Virus record (IMG/VR): IMGVR_UViG_3300046559_001153
Coordinates: 1 to 64,000 of that record
Reading direction: 5' to 3' (one strand)
Length of the DNA stretch: 64,000 nt
Position 1 is the first letter of the stretch. Every line of letters starts with the position of its first letter. Positions 20,223 through 29,241 of this stretch are shown piece after piece. Both the position numbers and the translations under genes were made by a program. Under the pieces are notes generated by a model. The model was not told the origin of the DNA and did not search any database. It saw nothing but the letters and a program-made list of their open reading frames with translations.

Positions 20223-20783
20223 ATGTTCACCCGATTGTCTTTGCTTAGTTCGATTGTTGTTGGATGTTTGACCGCGACAATTTTTGCGAAAGTTGAAAAG
20301 GAATCCAAAATCGACTGTCCCTGTAAAAATCAGCCGTACTGGAAAGCGGTTGTCGACGGGATCAGCGACAACGGACAGGTGGTCTCCGGGAGCTGCGGAT
20401 CGTACAACGGAACGTACGTCGTCGGACCCGTGGTAGAAGAGACGCAACGCTGGGATTACACGTGCGGTCCTCGAGGCGGAGCCACCTGCAGTTTCAGCGG
20501 CATTGAAGAATCGAAAGCCGTTCTTCAGTGGTATCCTGAAAAATACGACGTCAAAGATTCGGCCGGCCGATTGATTCCCAACGGTCTAGGCGGAGTTTGG
20601 GTTTTGACCATTACAGCCCCGAATGCCACTTTGTATCTGGCAGGCTCGGACTGGCGCTGCGACGGGTCAAATGTTATGCAAGCGGTCGTGTCTGACAATA
20701 CTGGCTGCTGCTCGTGCGGATCGATCAAGGCAACAGTCAGCCCGACATCGACGGACTGCCGCGGTCGGAAGCTTCGAATTTGA
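20223..20783 (+). CDS. Exported Cys-rich protein (moron-like insertion)
   Basis: Signal peptide, about 11 Cys, own GAGG SD and own terminator. Confidence 0.65.
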   Translation: MFTRLSLLSSIVVGCLTATIFAKVEKESKIDCPCKNQPYWKAVVDGISDNGQVVSGSCGSYNGTYVVGPVVEETQRWDYTCGPRGGATCSFSGIEESKAVLQWYPEKYDVKDSAGRLIPNGLGGVWVLTITAPNATLYLAGSDWRCDGSNVMQAVVSDNTGCCSCGSIKATVSPTSTDCRGRKLRI

Positions 20784-20785
20784 TT

Positions 20786-20820
20786 GTTTCCCGGGCCATA
20801 TTGGCCCGGGGCATTTTTTT
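20786..20820 (+). terminator. Intrinsic terminator
   Basis: CCCGGGCCA-TAT-TGGCCCGGG followed by T7. Confidence 0.8.
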
Positions 20821-20835
20821 AGCTATCGTGGTTCT

Positions 20836-23800
20836 ATGCCTAGACCAGACTGGTACAACGAGAACAGCTATCGATCCTTTCCGTTCTTGAAAGGATTGAC
20901 GGGTGTGGCTGTAGACCCGTTGTTGGTGCTGTCAGGGCCATCGCCGGGCCGCGGACTCACCCAGTTGGGCTCGGCCGCCCCGGGGATCATGGGCCGCCCT
21001 TACGGGTCATCCGGGTCTTCCAGCCTGCTGACACTGGCCAATCTGCCGGAAGCGACCATCGTTGATTTCGGGTGCGTGATCGGGTACGCCTCGTCTTATG
21101 ACCCGATGATCGATTCGGTTTTCCTGTACAAGATCACCCGCGTCGGCAGCCTGTTCACATTCGAATTCCGTTCCTCGGCCATGTCTCTGGACGGTATTCC
21201 TCTGATCTTCACGCGGAGCCTGTCAGACCCGCAAATGAGTGTGGAGTACACCGACAGTGACGGTTTACCCCAGTCTCTCACCAGCACGACATCCTTGACC
21301 GGCCCATGCCCAACGGAACCAGCCTGGACAGGCTTTATCGTCACAGGTGATTTGACCGCTTTAGCTGCTATCTTGCTGTCCGGCCAGACTCTGACCGGAC
21401 CAACCGGACCATACTTGCAGGTCGAGCCGTCGACCGTGATCGACCAGTTTCAACACACGGCCTGGGCGATCAACCTGGCCAATGACGACCGCACTCGAGC
21501 CACAGGGTCATCAGGGTGTTCCGATCCAGTCTGGGATTATCCGGCCGGAACAACGCTCGTACAGCAGACGTGTTTGCAGGGCCGAGTCCTGCTCATGGCC
21601 GGATTCAATGTCATTGCGACGCAGATCGACTTTGCCAATGAAATCCAATTGTCGGCATCCCCGGGGGTCGGAGTAGTCGGCAATTGCGGGGACCTGGCTT
21701 TGTTCCCAGGCGAAAAGCCGCCAACGGGGTCAGCCCTGCTTGACGGCGCGGTAGGTTGTGATCAAGTGCTGACGACCATCAATGGGATTGCCGGTCCACG
21801 AATCGACTTTCACGGTGGAGCAGGTGTGACCGTCACGTCCTCACCGAGCACCAATACCGTTCTGATCAACGTGAACATGAACGATGTCGGTAATGTGTGC
21901 AATCGTTTCGAGGGCGGAGGAACTACTCTCATCACATCGATCAGCAGTATTGGCGTCCCATCAATATCGAGCATCAGCACAGCCGGGCCGCTCGGCTGCT
22001 TATCGAACACAATTCAACGTCTGGATATGTTCCAGCTCGCGACCCTGGATCCAGCGGCCACTTACCGATTGTCTCTGTACAACCACACGACATCGCTGCT
22101 TCACGGCAACTCGACCGCTGCGACGATCCAGGCGGCCATCCAAGCCTTGCCCAACGTGGGAGTCGGTAATTGCCTGCTGCTACCGCAAAATACTGGAGAT
22201 TTCGTTAATGCCGGAAGTGGCGGGTTTCTGTTCTTCACCGGAGCACTGGCTGGCGAAGCCGTACCGCTCGCGCAAGTCATTGGGTGGAACGGCGCACATC
22301 CAGGCCCGGTCGTCACGATGATGTACCCCGGCGAATTGGCGAACCCGGATGACATCCAGCTGTTCAATTTTTCCAATCCGCCACCGGGCATGTTGTTTAC
22401 TGTCACGTTTAAGGGTTTCTCGACGGCGCCGATTGCCGTTGTGAATAACGTCGGCGGGCCGAGGCAGGGAACCATCCTGCAACACGCCCTGGAAAGTCTT
22501 CCGTCGATCGGGCTGGGCAACGTGTTCGTCCAGGGACAGAATGACGGAGATAATCAGCCTGTTGACGGATTCTTCGTGCATTTCATGAACGCACTCGGCG
22601 GTGTTCGTCAGCCGCTTCTGTCGATCAACGCAGTACCGGGCACTCAGGTCATAATGAACCATCTGGTTCCAGCCTGCATGCTGAAAGGCCACATAGGCCC
22701 GACCAGTTCGAGTGTCAGTCTCAGCTTGCGAGACAGAGACGACTGCCTGACATCGAGCATACAACGGCTGGATCTCTTTCAGCTTCCCAGTACACAGCCG
22801 ACTGCCACCTACTTCTTCGTGCTGGGAACGCATCATTCCGCCTACATCTCTGCCAGTGCGACGGCTCTCGAGATTCAAAACGCCCTGCAAGCGATACACG
22901 GTGTGGGGCTCGGGTGCTGCCTAGTGTACCCACAAAACGTCGGCGATCCGATCAACGATAAAATGGGCGGGTTTATCGTATTCACCGGCGGACTAACCGG
23001 GCTCGACATGCCGACACTCGAGGTCGAGGGGTGGACCGGCACCGGGACTGGCCCTGTTGTCACGTCGATGATGACGGGCGGATTGCTCGGCATCGATGAC
23101 GTCCAGTTGTTCAACCTGGTTCGCCCGGCGGTTGGCACTACGTTTACAGCAACGCTGAACGGCCAGACAACCGCGGCGATCGGTGCGTATAACAATCCAA
23201 GCGGACCTGACCAGGGAGTGGCCCTGCAGGCTGCACTGGAAGCTTTGCCGACCATCGGGCCGGGCAATGTCCTCGTGCAGGCACAAAATCAAACTTCCAG
23301 CCATTCTGTCGACGGATTCTACGTTCAGTTCATTGGCTCACTGGCTCAGAAACGGCAGAATCTGCTTCAGATCACGCCCACACCCAGTACGGGAGTTTCG
23401 ATCGTCAGGTTAACCGAGGCCTGCTTTGCAAACAGCAGCAGCATCGCTCCTATCCCTCACGGGCTATCGGATACGATCCAGATCTACGGGCCGACCAATT
23501 TCAATCTGCAGGGATCGCACTTCTCCATGCAGTTTGTGCTCGGAGGGTCGACCTCGCCCACGGTGACGAATGTGCCGATGACCCCGAACGCCTTGCAACT
23601 CATTCTCGAATCACTACCAAGTGTGGGTCCCGGCAATGTGGCTGTTTACGGGCAGTCAGAATACCCCAATCAAGAGTCCAACATATTCGTCATTCACTTC
23701 ACAGGCGACTTGGCCGGGACGGACGTGCCCTTGCTGCAAGCCCAATCGTCCCTGCCTGGCAACTCGTTAGTTGCGGAGTGCCGAGTGGTTCAACACGGTG

Positions 23801-24738
23801 GCATGACAACCAGTGACGATTTTCAGTGGGTTGATTTCCGTATCCCGACAGGCCAACCTTTCGGCAATAACACCATCACTTACGGCGGGCATACGACAGT
23901 GAATATCCCGATTGGCAGTACGGGAACCCCGACCGTGGACGGATTGGGTCCGCAGATCCGTACGGCAATGCAGGCCCTATCGTCGATCGGTTTCGGTAAT
24001 TGCCAGATTTATGCCGGTGAGTACCCGACCAGCTCATTCCAATTCACGGATGGATTTCTGGCGAGATTCACCGGCTGCCTGTCCGGCACACCGGCGCTGG
24101 CCATCACAGCAACAACCTATGCGGGGCCCGGTGCGCTGATCACCAGGATTGTCCCTGGATTCGGCGGCAGTAGTCCCGATGCAAACCCGGTTAGCCTGTA
24201 TCCAATTGCGGCGTGGCCGTCTGGTGCGTTTGTTTCGAACGACGTAAATGTGACCCTGAATCGATTCGTCTCGGGCACGTTATTTCCGTCGCCGCCGGCC
24301 GACACGTTCGACCTGCTCGGGCCGGTTGGCGGTGGAAGTTGTGGCGTCGTCGCCGCTAACATTACCAAGACGCCTGACGCGGTTACGTCGATCTCGTTTT
24401 CGATGTACTACGCACTCGGATGTTTGCCGACGGCTTTCATTTCAGCTTCTCACGTCACGGCCGTCTTTGGTGTTTGCAACTACATCTACACGTGGACCAT
24501 CTCGGTCGAAGTCGAAACAAGCCCAGGCGTCTACACGGCGATCTGGTCAGTCAGCGGTATCGTACCACCGAACACTAATCCTGGCGTCTTGACCTACCCC
24601 ATGACGCTGATCAACCCGTCCCTGAACACCCGCCCCAATTGGCAGAACGCCCGACTCAACCTATCCGCAACAGGCACCAGTGTGCCGTCCAGCACAGAGA
24701 CTGAGGTGTACCAGGCCTACGTGAAGGTGTATTACTGA
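20836..24738 (+). CDS. Large tail-fiber-like paralog 5 with six ALEALPxIGxGNV-type repeats
   Basis: Start re-set to MPRPDWYNENSYRSFPF after terminator; repeats IQAAIQALPNVGVGN, LQHALESLPSIGLGNV, IQNALQAIHGVGLG, LQAALEALPTIGPGNV, LQLILESLPSVGPGNV, IRTAMQALSSIGFGN. Confidence 0.7.
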   Translation: MPRPDWYNENSYRSFPFLKGLTGVAVDPLLVLSGPSPGRGLTQLGSAAPGIMGRPYGSSGSSSLLTLANLPEATIVDFGCVIGYASSYDPMIDSVFLYKITRVGSLFTFEFRSSAMSLDGIPLIFTRSLSDPQMSVEYTDSDGLPQSLTSTTSLTGPCPTEPAWTGFIVTGDLTALAAILLSGQTLTGPTGPYLQVEPSTVIDQFQHTAWAINLANDDRTRATGSSGCSDPVWDYPAGTTLVQQTCLQGRVLLMAGFNVIATQIDFANEIQLSASPGVGVVGNCGDLALFPGEKPPTGSALLDGAVGCDQVLTTINGIAGPRIDFHGGAGVTVTSSPSTNTVLINVNMNDVGNVCNRFEGGGTTLITSISSIGVPSISSISTAGPLGCLSNTIQRLDMFQLATLDPAATYRLSLYNHTTSLLHGNSTAATIQAAIQALPNVGVGNCLLLPQNTGDFVNAGSGGFLFFTGALAGEAVPLAQVIGWNGAHPGPVVTMMYPGELANPDDIQLFNFSNPPPGMLFTVTFKGFSTAPIAVVNNVGGPRQGTILQHALESLPSIGLGNVFVQGQNDGDNQPVDGFFVHFMNALGGVRQPLLSINAVPGTQVIMNHLVPACMLKGHIGPTSSSVSLSLRDRDDCLTSSIQRLDLFQLPSTQPTATYFFVLGTHHSAYISASATALEIQNALQAIHGVGLGCCLVYPQNVGDPINDKMGGFIVFTGGLTGLDMPTLEVEGWTGTGTGPVVTSMMTGGLLGIDDVQLFNLVRPAVGTTFTATLNGQTTAAIGAYNNPSGPDQGVALQAALEALPTIGPGNVLVQAQNQTSSHSVDGFYVQFIGSLAQKRQNLLQITPTPSTGVSIVRLTEACFANSSSIAPIPHGLSDTIQIYGPTNFNLQGSHFSMQFVLGGSTSPTVTNVPMTPNALQLILESLPSVGPGNVAVYGQSEYPNQESNIFVIHFTGDLAGTDVPLLQAQSSLPGNSLVAECRVVQHGGMTTSDDFQWVDFRIPTGQPFGNNTITYGGHTTVNIPIGSTGTPTVDGLGPQIRTAMQALSSIGFGNCQIYAGEYPTSSFQFTDGFLARFTGCLSGTPALAITATTYAGPGALITRIVPGFGGSSPDANPVSLYPIAAWPSGAFVSNDVNVTLNRFVSGTLFPSPPADTFDLLGPVGGGSCGVVAANITKTPDAVTSISFSMYYALGCLPTAFISASHVTAVFGVCNYIYTWTISVEVETSPGVYTAIWSVSGIVPPNTNPGVLTYPMTLINPSLNTRPNWQNARLNLSATGTSVPSSTETEVYQAYVKVYY

Positions 24739-24744
24739 GATCGA

Positions 24745-26826
24745 ATGAGTCAGACCCCCAAAAGATTTTTACTGGTCCATCGACGAGCCGTCGGCGACAC
24801 GGTTGTCATGACGGGCGTGATCCGGGATTTGAAGCTGACTTACCCGTCGATCCCCATCCACGTGTATTCGAATTACCGGGATGTCTGGCTCAACAACCCG
24901 CACATCGAGAGCTTTGATCGAAACGAAGTACCGGGGGCGGAGCGACATTCTCTGTGCTACTCGCGATCCATCAACATCGCCGAGAAGGGCACGAGATTGC
25001 ATTTCCTGGGCGCCTTCCATCAGGACTTCACAGTCAAAGCCGGCGTCCCGGTTGAACTGCTGTATCCAACCCCCGACCTGCATCTGTCGCCGGACGAGCT
25101 CGTTCCGCCGCTTGACCGTCGATACTGGGTTGTTCTGGCTGGTGGCAAGTCGGACGTTACGATCAAGCATTGGGACTACAGCTGGTACCAGCAGACGGTC
25201 GACCTGTTGTCGGACTACGGGATCCCGTGCGTTCAGGCGGGCTCGGTCGAACGCGGTCACACGCATGAGCCGTTGAACGGGGTTCTCAATCTGGTCGGAC
25301 AGACCAATCTCCGGTCATTCATGCGGTTGATCTATCACGCAGACGGGGTGATATGCCCAGTCACATCGGCCATGCACATTGCCGCGGCCTTCAACCGGCC
25401 CGCGGTGGTTATCGCCGGCGGCCGGGAAGCCTGGTGGTGGGAGGCCTATCGCCGCGAGAATCAGGGCCTCGGGAAAAATCACGAACTGCTCCCCGTATCG
25501 CACGCTTACTTGCATACAATTGGTTTATTGCCCTGCTGTCAGGACAAGGGGTGTTGGCGTGCACTGGTTAATCCAATCACGCCGGAAGACTTCACGTCAA
25601 AACGAATGAAGACGATGTGTCGAGACGTCGTCAAAGAACCAGGTCGTCAGATCTTGCCACGCTGCATGGCCATGATCACCCCACAGCATGTTGTTTCCGA
25701 GGTCCTCATGTACTACGAAAAAGGCGTTCTTCCTCCGATCGGGCAGGCAAGACAACTGCCCCCCATTCCTGGAGTTGGCCATGCGATTCACCAACCGGCC
25801 CAAACGGCTGCGGCACCCCTACTTCTACCCGGTACGCTGCCGGGACAAATCTCGACTCCCAATGACACCGCACAATTACAGGCCCCGCAAATTCTGGGAC
25901 TGGCCCCGGACACGCAGGCAGGCGGAGCAGGACTTCTACGCTTAAATCCGCCGGTCGTTACGGATGCGAGACTGATCAAACCGCAACCAACGGTGTCGGC
26001 GATCCGATTGACGGTTCCTGTTCAGGCCGTACTCGAGCAAGCCGCATCAATCCTCGACCATCCGATCGTCGGTGGCAAATTTACGATCTGCACTTTGGCT
26101 TACGGTAAATTCCCCCACCTGATCAAACGGTGTATCAGCTCGATTCTGGAGTCTGTGCCGCGGAGCCGACTCGATCTACGGATTGGCGCCAACGCCTGTT
26201 GCGACGAAACGCTGGAGTACATCAATAGCCCTGAGGTGGGGGCGACCAAGGTCTACAACCACCCGGAGAACGCTTACAAGTACCCTGTAATGCACGAGAT
26301 GTTTCATGACGCTAGCTGCCCGATCCGATCGAACTATCTGGTCTGGTTCGACGACGACAGTTACGTAGTCAAAACGTCCTGGCTGACCGACCTGGCTCAG
26401 GCCATCATTGAGAACCACAATCACAAGGTGGGCATGTACGGGATCAAATTCATCCACGATATCAAGTCGTTTGCTCGAAACGGACACGATCCTCGCCAGT
26501 GGTTCCAACAGGCAACCTGGTGGAGAGGCCGTCCGTTCCAGACGTCTGGCGGCGGTGAGGCGCCCAATGCGACGGCCATCCACTTCGTCTCCGGCGGCTT
26601 CTGGGCGATCTACACGCCGCTGATCAAACAGGCTGACATTCCGGACATCCGCCTCAGAAACAACGGTGATATGCAGCTGGGGGCTGCCTGCCACCAGCAC
26701 GGTTACAAGATTCGCGATTTCAACCGGAACAAGACCCACGTATACTCATCCGGAGCGGCCAGACGCGGCGTCCAGCACAATTTCCCGTGGTCACACGAAC
26801 AGCCCTACGAACGCCTCATCAGTTGA
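24745..26826 (+). CDS. Bifunctional glycosyltransferase: GT9 (heptosyltransferase-like) plus GT-A/GT2-like
   Basis: AVGDTV, K.W, LVGQTNL..ADGVI...TSAMHIAAAF..P; Pro/Gln linker; WFDDDS DxD motif. Confidence 0.8.
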   Translation: MSQTPKRFLLVHRRAVGDTVVMTGVIRDLKLTYPSIPIHVYSNYRDVWLNNPHIESFDRNEVPGAERHSLCYSRSINIAEKGTRLHFLGAFHQDFTVKAGVPVELLYPTPDLHLSPDELVPPLDRRYWVVLAGGKSDVTIKHWDYSWYQQTVDLLSDYGIPCVQAGSVERGHTHEPLNGVLNLVGQTNLRSFMRLIYHADGVICPVTSAMHIAAAFNRPAVVIAGGREAWWWEAYRRENQGLGKNHELLPVSHAYLHTIGLLPCCQDKGCWRALVNPITPEDFTSKRMKTMCRDVVKEPGRQILPRCMAMITPQHVVSEVLMYYEKGVLPPIGQARQLPPIPGVGHAIHQPAQTAAAPLLLPGTLPGQISTPNDTAQLQAPQILGLAPDTQAGGAGLLRLNPPVVTDARLIKPQPTVSAIRLTVPVQAVLEQAASILDHPIVGGKFTICTLAYGKFPHLIKRCISSILESVPRSRLDLRIGANACCDETLEYINSPEVGATKVYNHPENAYKYPVMHEMFHDASCPIRSNYLVWFDDDSYVVKTSWLTDLAQAIIENHNHKVGMYGIKFIHDIKSFARNGHDPRQWFQQATWWRGRPFQTSGGGEAPNATAIHFVSGGFWAIYTPLIKQADIPDIRLRNNGDMQLGAACHQHGYKIRDFNRNKTHVYSSGAARRGVQHNFPWSHEQPYERLIS

Positions 26827-26844
26827 TTTTCAATTATCGCAAGG

Positions 26845-27297
26845 ATGCGAATCATGGCTCATGGAGTGAAGCTTCGCCGGTACGGGATGATAACGCCCGA
26901 CCCAACCCGCAACATTTTTCGAATCCGAATCGAAGTCATCGATTTCAGCGGTGACATCGATGGCCGAATCTTTCTGTTCAAACGCAGTCCGGTTAACCCT
27001 TACACGTCGACGTACAGCGACAATTACATGTGCGTGTGTGCTCCCGTCGATATGGCCGAGTATCCGCCCGGGGCACCAGACCCGGAGAAGCCTTATCCGT
27101 TTTTCCGATCGCACATGGTTGAAGCCGATTTGAGAAATATGGCTGACATTGAAAAATACTGGGAACTTGTCAAATCTGACGTGTGTCAGTTGATGCAATC
27201 GCTGGACCTGGCAGCTGATCTCAAGGTGATCGAAGATTTCAATTGTGGCGAATTGCCCAAGTCAGATGCGTCATCGTCCATTTCCATTAACGGGTGA
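26845..27297 (+). CDS. Hypothetical protein
   Basis: 150 aa, in-operon. Confidence 0.65.
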   Translation: MRIMAHGVKLRRYGMITPDPTRNIFRIRIEVIDFSGDIDGRIFLFKRSPVNPYTSTYSDNYMCVCAPVDMAEYPPGAPDPEKPYPFFRSHMVEADLRNMADIEKYWELVKSDVCQLMQSLDLAADLKVIEDFNCGELPKSDASSSISING

Positions 27298-27300
27298 AAG

Positions 27301-27609
27301 ATGCCTGATCGACAAACTCTGGTAGTGCTCGATGATGGACTGCTGCTTAATTTGACCAGTCGTCCGGACATCATGGCCGCCTTCTCGTTCATCGCCCAAG
27401 TCAAAACGGCCGCGGCAACTGGATCGAAATGCGGAGCCTGCGCCCGTAAAGCGGCGTCCCGTGGGAATGTTTTTTCCGCGGTTAAGCAAACGATCGCCGA
27501 GTTGCCCGACTCGGAGAAGCTGCGATTGAAGAACCTGCTTAACACTGAGCGGCTCCGACTTCGTTACAGTCGCAGGCAGGACGGCCGGATGGTCGAACTG
27601 ACCTTCTAA
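27301..27609 (+). CDS. Small CxxC protein
   Basis: KCGAC; last gene of late block. Confidence 0.65.
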   Translation: MPDRQTLVVLDDGLLLNLTSRPDIMAAFSFIAQVKTAAATGSKCGACARKAASRGNVFSAVKQTIAELPDSEKLRLKNLLNTERLRLRYSRRQDGRMVELTF

Positions 27610-27649
27610 GCTGCAGCTAAATTAGACCCCGATTCCTGGCATATTACTT

Positions 27650-27812
27650 GGAGCGGCTCGTTAGCTTGCGAAAGCAATCTGACGGTTCTTCTCTAGGTGA
27701 TCCAGATTAAGACCCATCGGCCCGATTCGACTGATCTGGGTCACCTTCGTTCTGCTCACGAGGCATTGTCTGATCGTCCCCTGGCCGGGTAGTCAGACAA
27801 TGCCGGCGTGAG
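27650..27812 (+). ncRNA. Candidate structured RNA/leader with three hairpins
   Basis: Stems 27659-27684 (GAAA tetraloop), 27695-27746 (15 bp, two G.U), 27755-27812; non-coding gap. Confidence 0.55.
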
Positions 27813-27813
27813 T

Positions 27814-27831
27814 TTAACTTTTTAATAAGGT
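27814..27831. promoter_or_regulatory. Palindrome copy 3 (TTAACTTTTTAATAAGGT)
   Basis: Exact reverse complement of 12498-12515. Confidence 0.55.
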
Positions 27832-27843
27832 ACGGGAGACACC

Positions 27844-28272
27844 ATGCGACAAGTCTTGCTAACGGTCGTCGCTACGACCATTGCTCTTATCGGGATTCTT
27901 TTGTTCATGGTGCTTTGCTTGGTGGAGTTCGTTTTGAAAGTCAGTCTTGATTTGTTGAATGCGGGCGAAGACCGCCTGTATGAGTTGGTTGCAAAACTTT
28001 CGGGAATTTTTCGAGCGGTCGGCCAGGCCGGGAAAACTCCCACTCATGCGTCAGAGAACACGACGCGACATGGAGGTGATGATGCTTGTTTTAAGTCGAA
28101 AGGCCAGCGAGGAAATTCGATTGACGGACACGCAAACGGGCCAAACGATTGTGCTCATGGTCGTACAAATCAGAGCAGGGAAAGTTCGACTGGGGATTCA
28201 AGCCCCGCAGACGGTAGTAGTGACACGGGGCGAGTTGTTGAAAAACCGACAGTCGGTGGATCAAGTCGTTGA
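27844..28272 (+). CDS. Putative membrane protein overlapping csrA out of frame
   Basis: GGGAG SD; strongly hydrophobic first 30 aa; C-terminal half overlaps csrA. Confidence 0.4.
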   Translation: MRQVLLTVVATTIALIGILLFMVLCLVEFVLKVSLDLLNAGEDRLYELVAKLSGIFRAVGQAGKTPTHASENTTRHGGDDACFKSKGQRGNSIDGHANGPNDCAHGRTNQSRESSTGDSSPADGSSDTGRVVEKPTVGGSSR

Positions 28273-28288
28273 ACAAAACGCCTCTTAA
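28082..28288 (+). CDS. csrA: CsrA/RsmA translational regulator
   Basis: MLVLSRK..E.I...I.L.VV.I..GKVRLGI.AP..V.V.R.EL; GGAGGT SD. Confidence 0.9.
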   Translation: MLVLSRKASEEIRLTDTQTGQTIVLMVVQIRAGKVRLGIQAPQTVVVTRGELLKNRQSVDQVVEQNAS

Positions 28289-28339
28289 CCAGACCAGACT
28301 GGGCCAGCTAAAAAATAACGCCGGTAACCCGGCAAAAAT

Positions 28340-28458
28340 GACCTCCCTTGGCCCACTGTGGCTGATGGGGATTATTGTGAACGGTTGTTGTTCATCCTTT
28401 GGGATGGCGACACCTGTTCCCCGTAATCCCCATCAGCCGCAGTGGGTTAAGGGTTGTC
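28340..28458 (+). ncRNA. Long rod-like RNA hairpin
   Basis: 31-bp arm 28345-28375 pairs with 28423-28453, all four non-WC pairs G.U; inner stems continue to a short loop. Confidence 0.6.
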
Positions 28459-28504
28459 TCACCTCGGGCAAACTGTGTTGCCTTTTACCTATTAGGTATT
28501 ACGC

Positions 28505-28867
28505 ATGTTGAAGAGAATTTTTGTGGAGATCCTCGTCGAGGTGCCCCCAAGTGATCCAGGCTTCGTACCTGAATTGGAAGTTTATGTAGCCAATACTCGA
28601 ACCGAGTTGGCACATCGGGCACATCCAACGCTGACGTCGTTAATCCAGTACGTGATCACGCATCTCAACGGCTCCCCCTGTCAGTGCTGCCGCAGCGACT
28701 ATCTGAGCGCACCGATCCCCGGCATCCGGGCCCGAATCGAGGGCGGACGCGTTGCCGAGCACGCGAAGGTCGAACGATGCGACAAATGCGAGTGTTTCAG
28801 AAGCGATGCGGCTGCTGAAGTGGCTCTGAATCTCTACATGGCCCATCAGGACTTTTACGCGTTATGA
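28505..28867 (+). CDS. Hypothetical Cys-containing protein
   Basis: CQCC and VERCDKC. Confidence 0.6.
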   Translation: MLKRIFVEILVEVPPSDPGFVPELEVYVANTRTELAHRAHPTLTSLIQYVITHLNGSPCQCCRSDYLSAPIPGIRARIEGGRVAEHAKVERCDKCECFRSDAAAEVALNLYMAHQDFYAL

Positions 28868-28937
28868 ACTGGTTGTCCTGGCTCTGATTTGATAATCTGA
28901 TTTCGTGGGCCCCACTCGTAACGAAAGAGAATCGATC

Positions 28938-29237
28938 ATGAATTTGAAAGTCGTGTCCGTCGACAAGGAAGCCGGTGTCGTGACTGTGGAAGCTGAGACC
29001 TTCGCTCCGGCCGATTTCCCGGTCGCCATCGAATCGCTCAAAGAAGGTCTGCGAGTTCCCAACATGGCCATCGAAGCGGCCAAGGCCGCTGGAATCAGTA
29101 ACCCGACGATTGTCTCCAGATCACGACATCCCTACCCGTATTTCGGTGAAGGGGTTGATCAGGACGAACTGGCCAAGAGCAGCGCCGAACCGATCTCTTA
29201 CAGGATTGACGTTCCCATCTCGAGCTTCTCGATGTAG
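28938..29237 (+). CDS. Hypothetical protein
   Basis: ATG 28938 after purine-rich tract. Confidence 0.6.
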   Translation: MNLKVVSVDKEAGVVTVEAETFAPADFPVAIESLKEGLRVPNMAIEAAKAAGISNPTIVSRSRHPYPYFGEGVDQDELAKSSAEPISYRIDVPISSFSM

Positions 29238-29241
29238 TCAA

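Noticed and set aside
20623-20835. N-terminal extension of the 1371-aa ORF
   Set aside because: Overlaps the 20223 gene and crosses a terminator; the paralog motif places the start at 20836
21990-23440. Diversity-generating retroelement TR/VR pair
   Set aside because: Duplicated domains differ at all base types, and no reverse transcriptase is in the window
28286-28305. 5-nt-periodic GGY-NN run (minus strand; similar patch at 49832-49866) as a guide array for the RAMP-like protein
   Set aside because: Only 3-4 imperfect units; compatible with chance
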